DNA of 64,000 bases from Eledone cirrhosa. Taxonomy: Eukaryota. The position numbers and the translations under genes are program-made. Shown here in pieces: positions 57,050 to 64,000 of this stretch (position 1 is the first letter of the stretch; every line of letters begins with the position of its first letter). The notes below the pieces were generated by a model, which saw only the letters and a program-made list of their open reading frames with translations, searched no databases and was not told where the DNA came from. The stretch is taken from NCBI GenBank assembly GCA_964016885.1, contig OZ024740.1, positions 311,674,001-311,738,000 on the forward strand, in the 5' to 3' direction.

Positions 57050-57720
57050 ATTGAGGTTTCTTTCATTAGATTTTTCATTTTTATGTTTTGGAACAAAATT
57101 GGAGGGTTTGCCATAATGGTGGCAAATATGTTTGGTACTCCTGGATCATGTGTTTTGAGAAATGGAATATATTCTTCAACGTTTTGTCTTAGTGTTCTAA
57201 CTTTAGATATATCTAGTTTCTTTACTTTATAAATGCCGATATTCAAGATATATTTCTATTGTTTAAGAAATCATATAAGTTCATCTAGATGACTTTTTCG
57301 TAGTTCTATATCAACTACAATAGCGAATATTTCATTTGATGTGTGTGGTTGGCATGAATGAAAGTTCAAATATTGGTATGCACCTGTCTGTCTCTTTAGG
57401 AAAGATGTCTGTTGTAATTCTGGTGTTACATAATTTTATGAATATTTCCAAAAATAGTAGTTTAAAATGAACTGTTTAAAGTGAACTGTTTGCTGTTAGT
57501 TTTTTTATTTATTAAAAAACAAAAACAAAGAACAAAGTGGTCACCGAGAAAGTGCTTCCACTTCCCATAACGTATTCAATAAATTTTTGGTCAAACCATG
57601 ATATAATTTTTCTTCTAGGAATCCCACCACAAGTTTAACATACGATGGCGCGACTTTTGTTCCCATAGTCGTTCTTTTTGTTTTGTTTCCTTATACGTTT
57701 TTTCTATCACTACGAAGTTA
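57050..57720 (-). pseudogene. Degenerate PLE RT fragment
   Basis: Minus frame reads TMGTKVAPSYVKLVVGFLEEKLY, with IPFLKTHDP downstream. Confidence 0.65.
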
Positions 57721-57905
57721 TTGAAAAATGCTTAAGTTCCTATAGAGATCAAATAAACACAGAAATAAACTTCCTCTTCGGTTGAATCGGCTTTTATTGC
57801 ATTTGCTTGGATTTAAGGATTGCATTGGATTGGTAATCTTCGTCATGCTGAACTTTACATATGTATATATGTACTGGTACTTTGTTTTATCGACCTAAAA
57901 AGGAT

Positions 57906-57993
<88 letters not shown>

Positions 57994-58003
57994 AACGAGT
58001 AGG

Positions 58004-58099
58004 ACCCCGACGGCTGAGCTCAAGCCGTTTCGACGGCTAATTCTGGACTAAATGAACATTTTTATCCTGGTATATGAATAGCTGAGCTTCTCAGGGGGT
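58004..58099 (-). ncRNA. Hammerhead motif with long stem II and full stem III
   Basis: ACCCC-CTGAGAA-[~57 nt]-GAAACGGCT tgagctc AGCCGTC-GGGGT. The core deviates from CUGANGA at one position. Confidence 0.65.
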
Positions 58100-58966
58100 A
58101 ATTCCATATATGGTAAAAGTGATTGTCACAAGGATTGGTCAAAAGTTTGTTGTTGAGACACATAATTCTATCATGGCAATTTGTGGAAGGAAGGGGTAGC
58201 TGAACTTGCCAGTAGAAGAAAGAGGGAGAGTGAGTGGAGGAAACCCAGTCGTGCGTTGATAGTGCCAACTACAGCAGGGGAGGAGGTCAAGCAAGTATAC
58301 TAGGGAGGGGAGGGGGAGGAAGTCGAAACAATAAGTAAATCAATATGGAGTAAATATATAGAAGAATACCAAGAATGTTAAAAATATAAAAAAACAATTT
58401 GTGGTTACTATTCCCTAACGACAGTCATCAAGTCTCTCACTGGTACTGCTAAACTATAGAAAAGTTTACTAGGTGGGACGGAATTATAATGAGACCATTT
58501 TAAGAGTTAGTAGTAATCAACCGAGTATATCTTACGGTGACAGGTCAACAAGTGGGGGGCCAAAATACTAAAGAAACTACCACGAAATAATAATTCAGAG
58601 TCCCGAAACTAATACGAAATAATTGTTTCTACCCTAGGCACAAGGCTAGCAACCACCCAGTGCAAAAAATAAACTAATACGAAATAATAATTCAGAATCC
58701 CGAAAATGAATACTAATACTATCTCTAAGGGTGCCGCTACGATACAAAAATTCTAGTGCAAACTACATAAATGCTCGTACGAAGTATATGAAAAATTTGA
58801 TACGGAAAATTAATTTAGAATCCCCCCCCCCCCCGCTTAAGCTCAGCCGTCGGAGTCCTACTCGTTCCTATTACCCACTCTACTACCCTAAGTATTGAGT
58901 ACTTTGGTGCGTTATGGTCCACCTGGTTCCTTACCATATTTCCTTCGTTATATATATATATATATA

Positions 58967-59012
<46 letters not shown>

Positions 59013-59234
59013 AACTTTATTTTATTCTGAGTTAAGACTCTATTGGTTTTTTTCCCTGGATTTCACAAAATCTGTGGATAAAATCTCTGTCTTGATTTCT
59101 TTTGAATTGAGTTTGAATTATTTTCCCACATCTTACGTTAATTTTTTTTTCCATTTTGACGTTATAGTCACTTATATATTATGGAATACTGTTGGCTCCT
59201 TGCGCACATTAATTTCTATATTTTCATTTATATA

Positions 59235-59300
<66 letters not shown>

Positions 59301-59377
59301 GTTATATAGTAAGGTGTATTATTGAAACATGTGTCGTGATTAAAATGATTGGAAATTTATACCATGCCTTCGGATCT

Positions 59378-59435
<58 letters not shown>

Positions 59436-59454
59436 AAATAAAGATATATATATA

Positions 59455-60143
59455 TGAGAGACGTAAAATAAGAAAATTATAAAATTAACTTACTTACTAA
59501 AATATCACTTCCAACTAATTACTTTCTGGAATGGAGTAAATATATTTTCCGAAGAAGACACAGAGAAACATTCCGTCGTCAGGGAAGACTATTCTCATCT
59601 AAGTTACTAGATATTAATTCTTTATAATTATCTCCAAATTATTTGTCGAGCAATATTGGCCATGACTGCTGCTATGGTAGTAGGCAGGTCGCTGTCTTAT
59701 TAGCAAACCACTTTCCACTGATTGACCTCGATGTCACGTGATTGATTCTTTTTGAATTTGCCACAGACGCAGAGGCAGTGATTTTCTCAATGGCTAGGAA
59801 TTCAGTCCACGCTTTGCTATTTCCTATCCACTGAATTATTTTTTAATAAGTTTCCAGAGTCCTCGCTTTGCCTGGAAACTTAGATGATAATAGTCTTCCC
59901 TGACGACGGAATGTTTCTCCATGTCTTCTTCGGAAAATATATTTACTCCATTCCAGAAACTAATTAGTTGGAAGTGATATTTTAGTAAGTAAGTTAATTT
60001 TATAATTTTCTTATTTTACGTCTCTCATATTATTGTTCTGCAACCCCATGCATTGAACCACAATGTTACTAAGACAAAACCTATATATTTGCTAGCATTG
60101 ATATGCATCTGTATGTATATATATGTTACTAGATATTAATTCT

Positions 60144-60150
<7 letters not shown>
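59455..60150 (+). mobile_element. Retrozyme-like element related to 31111-32007: inverted arm + ~523-bp unit with 25-bp terminal direct repeat
   Basis: 59455-59603 is inverted relative to 59880-60030. TTACTAGATATTAATTCTTTATAAT occurs at both unit ends. Confidence 0.8.
59895..59974 (+). ncRNA. Hammerhead motif, long stem II
   Basis: CTTCC-CTGACGA-CGGAATG...CATTCCA-GAAAC-TAATTA-GTT-GGAAG. Confidence 0.8.
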
Positions 60151-60236
<86 letters not shown>

Positions 60237-60362
60237 ATATATATATATATGTATATATATATATACTCACACACACATATAATCTGGTAAAGACCAGTTA
60301 GGGAATCAACTGGTTAGGGAATCGAACTCACAACGCGCGCGCGTGCGCGCGTGTGTGTGTGT

Positions 60363-60740
60363 GCGTGTGGCCTAGTGGTTAGAGTGTTGGGCTTGCAATC
60401 GTGACGTTGTGAGTTCGATTCCCTAACCAGTTGATGACACTTTATTTGCTACAGTTTACTCAGCTGTAGAAATGAGTTGCGATATCACTGGTGCCAAGCT
60501 GTATAGGCCATTGCCTTTCCCTTGGACAACATCGGTGGCGTGGAGAGGGGAGACTGATATGCATGGGTGACTGCTGGTCTTCCATAAACATGGTTGCCAG
60601 GACTTGTTGGTAGGTGCAATGGTCATTCAATGGTCATGGGTGCAATGGTCATGGGTGACTGCTGGTCTTCCATAAACCATGGTTGCCAGGACTTTTTAGG
60701 TAGGTGCAATGGTCATTCGTGACCGAATGTGGTCTTTACC
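60363..60740 (+). mobile_element. tRNA-derived SINE with internal duplications
   Basis: TGGCCTAGTGG A box and GAGTTCGATTCC B box. Confidence 0.7.
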
Positions 60741-60761
60741 AGATTATATGTGTATGTGTGC

Positions 60762-60841
<80 letters not shown>

Positions 60842-60910
60842 TTCATCCTTTCGAGGTCGATAAAAAAATACCAGTACATATATACATATGTAAAGTTCAG
60901 CACGACAAAG

Positions 60911-60986
<76 letters not shown>

Positions 60987-60988
<2 letters not shown>

Positions 60989-61662
60989 AGAAACTTACTC
61001 AGATGGTGGATGGGTGCTACACGAGAATGCTGAGGATGGGTCTGAACATTAATCAGTATACACTGAGGATGAAGAACATCAGAGCTGTACGGGAGCCTCC
61101 CAAAAGTCAGCTCAAAAGTGATACAGAGGAGACTGAGGTTAGCTGGACATGCTCACCGACATCCAGAGTTGACATTGCACTCAGTGCTCCCGTGGGAACC
61201 CCTGGACACACTGGAAGAGGACGACCGAGGTTAACGTATGTTGATGCCCTAAAGACAGACACTGGTCTCTCGGGGACGTAGGACATGGCAGCGATAACGA
61301 GGGACAGAAACCGCTGGAGAAAACTCGTTCATGGATCTCGAGAATTTTACCCGCCCTATATATATATATGTATATATATATACATATATCTATCTATCTA
61401 AGGCGGGTAAAATTCCCGAGATCCATGGACGAGTTCTCTCCAGCGGTCTTTGTCCCTCATTATCGCTGCCATGTCCTGCATCTCCAACAGACCAGTGTCT
61501 GTCCTTAGGGCATCAACATATGTTAACCTTGGTCTTCCTCTTCTAGTGTGTCCATGTAGGGGATCCCAAAGGAGCACTGAGTGCAATGTCAACTCCGGAT
61601 GTCGGTGAGCATGTCCAGCCAACCTCAGTCTCCTCTGTGTCACTTTTGAGCTGACTCTTGGG
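60987..61662. pseudogene. Two RTE-type LINE 3' fragments tail-to-tail (60987-61357 +, 61398-61662 -)
   Basis: [33 protein letters not shown]. Confidence 0.8.
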
Positions 61663-61989
61663 ATATATATATATACATAATATATGTGGCGAAGGGTAAC
61701 CTGGAAAGCAGGGTATGCAGTCCAATCGCCATGGCGAAAAGTGGGGCTGTGCAGCCTTACCCCCCCCCCATTTCTTCTAAATGACCTTCCCGGTCAAAGC
61801 CGCATGTAGTGTTACCTAGTGTGGGTGTTATCTTTTTATGTGTCTACGGTTTAGGAAGCAGCCAAAATTTTGCTTGCTTCAACCGACGCTGTCGTGTGTT
61901 TGTGTGTGCATGTGTGTTGTCTTTTTATGTGTCTACGATTTAGCAAGCAGTCAAAATTCTGCTTGCTTCAACCGACGCTGTGTTGTGTT

Positions 61990-62095
<106 letters not shown>

Positions 62096-62220
62096 GTCTT
62101 TTTATGTCTCTACGGTTTAGCAAGCAGCCAAAATTCTGCTTGCTTCAACCGACGCAATTGATCAACTCAAGATTCTATAACGCATGCACTGCATGCGTTG
62201 CATCCACGCACCCTTCGCCC

Positions 62221-62272
<52 letters not shown>

Positions 62273-62436
62273 CATATATAACTGCTTGTCGGTCACCAAA
62301 TAACAGCAGCAGTGGCAGACTGGCTGGGCTTGGCGGTAATGCTTAATATATCAGTATGACGTCAGCAATATGCAGCACTCGGCCATAATTAAACAAAACA
62401 TTTTGGGAGTTAATTATGATAATAAGGGTTTAGATC

Positions 62437-62761
62437 AGTGTTTCCCAACCTTTTGTACACTATGCCCCACCTCAACATCTAAATAATTGTTATGCCCCCC
62501 CCCCCTCTTTGACACGAAAACAGCAATGATCAACTGCAAAGTGTAAACAAATTGGTGTATAAGTGGTGCCAAATGCACAATAACACATGGAGGGGGTGAG
62601 ACAGGAGTTTCTGACAGTAATGTGCACCAAAGTTGCCTTGATGTAAAAGTTATAATATAAAACCTGAAGTTTGTTCTCATTAACATCATTTTCAAATGGC
62701 CCTCTTAAATATTCAAATTCACCTCCCTGTAGGGGCTGCCACCCAAGTTGGGAATCACCAG
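62437..62761. mobile_element. hAT-like MITE
   Basis: CAGTGTTTCCCAAC / GTTGGGAATCACC imperfect TIRs. No TSD is evident. Confidence 0.55.
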
Positions 62762-62847
62762 TGACTTTAATCTCATTGTTTACAATTTGCTCAACAAATT
62801 TATTTGGAGCACACGCATATGATTAATTGTAAGACAACACACACACG

Positions 62848-63100
<253 letters not shown>

Positions 63101-63330
63101 TTCCTTGTTTAAAAGTTAATCCAGATGGGAGTTGTTTGTACCATAGAATGAATTAATCCGTGTGTAAACCACACCTGGCATTCAGCATAACTAGACTTAG
63201 TCCATAATAGTGTGAACCATTTGATGGATTGCGTTGGCCATTTCATTAAACTATGGTTACATTATCATTTCTTTTCATGCTCGCTTTGTGCACACCACTT
63301 CAATATTTTAATACACATACGCACACACAT

Positions 63331-63393
<63 letters not shown>

Positions 63394-64000
63394 GGCACAC
63401 TCAACAAGCATGCAAACGTGTGTGCGTATGACAGGCGTTCTGTTATTGAAATTGTAGTCTCTCTTTCTCTTGCGCATCTAGATTTGAACATAATGAAGTG
63501 ATGTTTAATTCTCGACTTTAAAATCTCTTGTGATTAAAGTGCATATAGCTTTATTTTACCCAATTTACCCAATTGTATACGATATCAATATCCTATTTAA
63601 CTTTATAAAGCTGAATGTTAGTGATTATTGAGGAGAAAACAAATTTGAAAGCTTTAGTCAATCTCTGGGGATTCTTGAAGTTTACGCATCTATCATATCT
63701 GAATACTTCTTGATAATTGAATAATTTTTACACATTCTTTTAGTCTTTTAGTCCATGTTGGGGCACATGCCTTTAATCGATCGATACTATCGATCCCAAC
63801 ATTTATTTCAATCTAGTACTTATTTTATCCGTCTACATTTTATCAAATTACAAATTTACGAATTTGATGTAAAATGCAGAATTAACACACCAGTTTACAC
63901 AAATAAGCACGATCATACATGCATACATACAAACATTCACATGCATATATGCACATGCATACATAAATACATGCACATACATACATACATACATGATGGT

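Overview
AT-rich, microsatellite-saturated, gene-free animal DNA, most likely from a coleoid cephalopod such as Octopus (inferred from the SINE families, not proven). I can support no host gene. Nearly all short ORFs in the track are translated (TA)n, (CA)n, (ACC)n or (ACG)n repeats. The real coding sequence is retroelement-derived: a near full-length Tx1-clade LINE (ORF1 with CCHC knuckle, ORF2 with APE and RT) plus two 5'-truncated sister copies stacked head-to-tail in a (CTAT)n target, three Penelope-like elements (PLEs) with GIY-YIG domains, and fragments of CRE, R4, RTE and PLE RT. tRNA SINEs, hAT and Tc1 MITEs and non-autonomous Helitrons fill in. The hidden layer is RNA structure: more than 15 hammerhead ribozyme (HHR) motifs on both strands, in at least 9 unrelated PLE pseudo-LTR or retrozyme-like families that sit in (TA)n. 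Several have unusually long stem II inserts (about 50-100 nt), one related pair shows covariation, and one tandem pair could release a ~528-nt monomer. Fold-back (inverted) duplication occurs at every scale, up to a 5.4-kb palindrome centred on an HHR hairpin. All structures were folded by eye and coordinates are approximate to a few bases.
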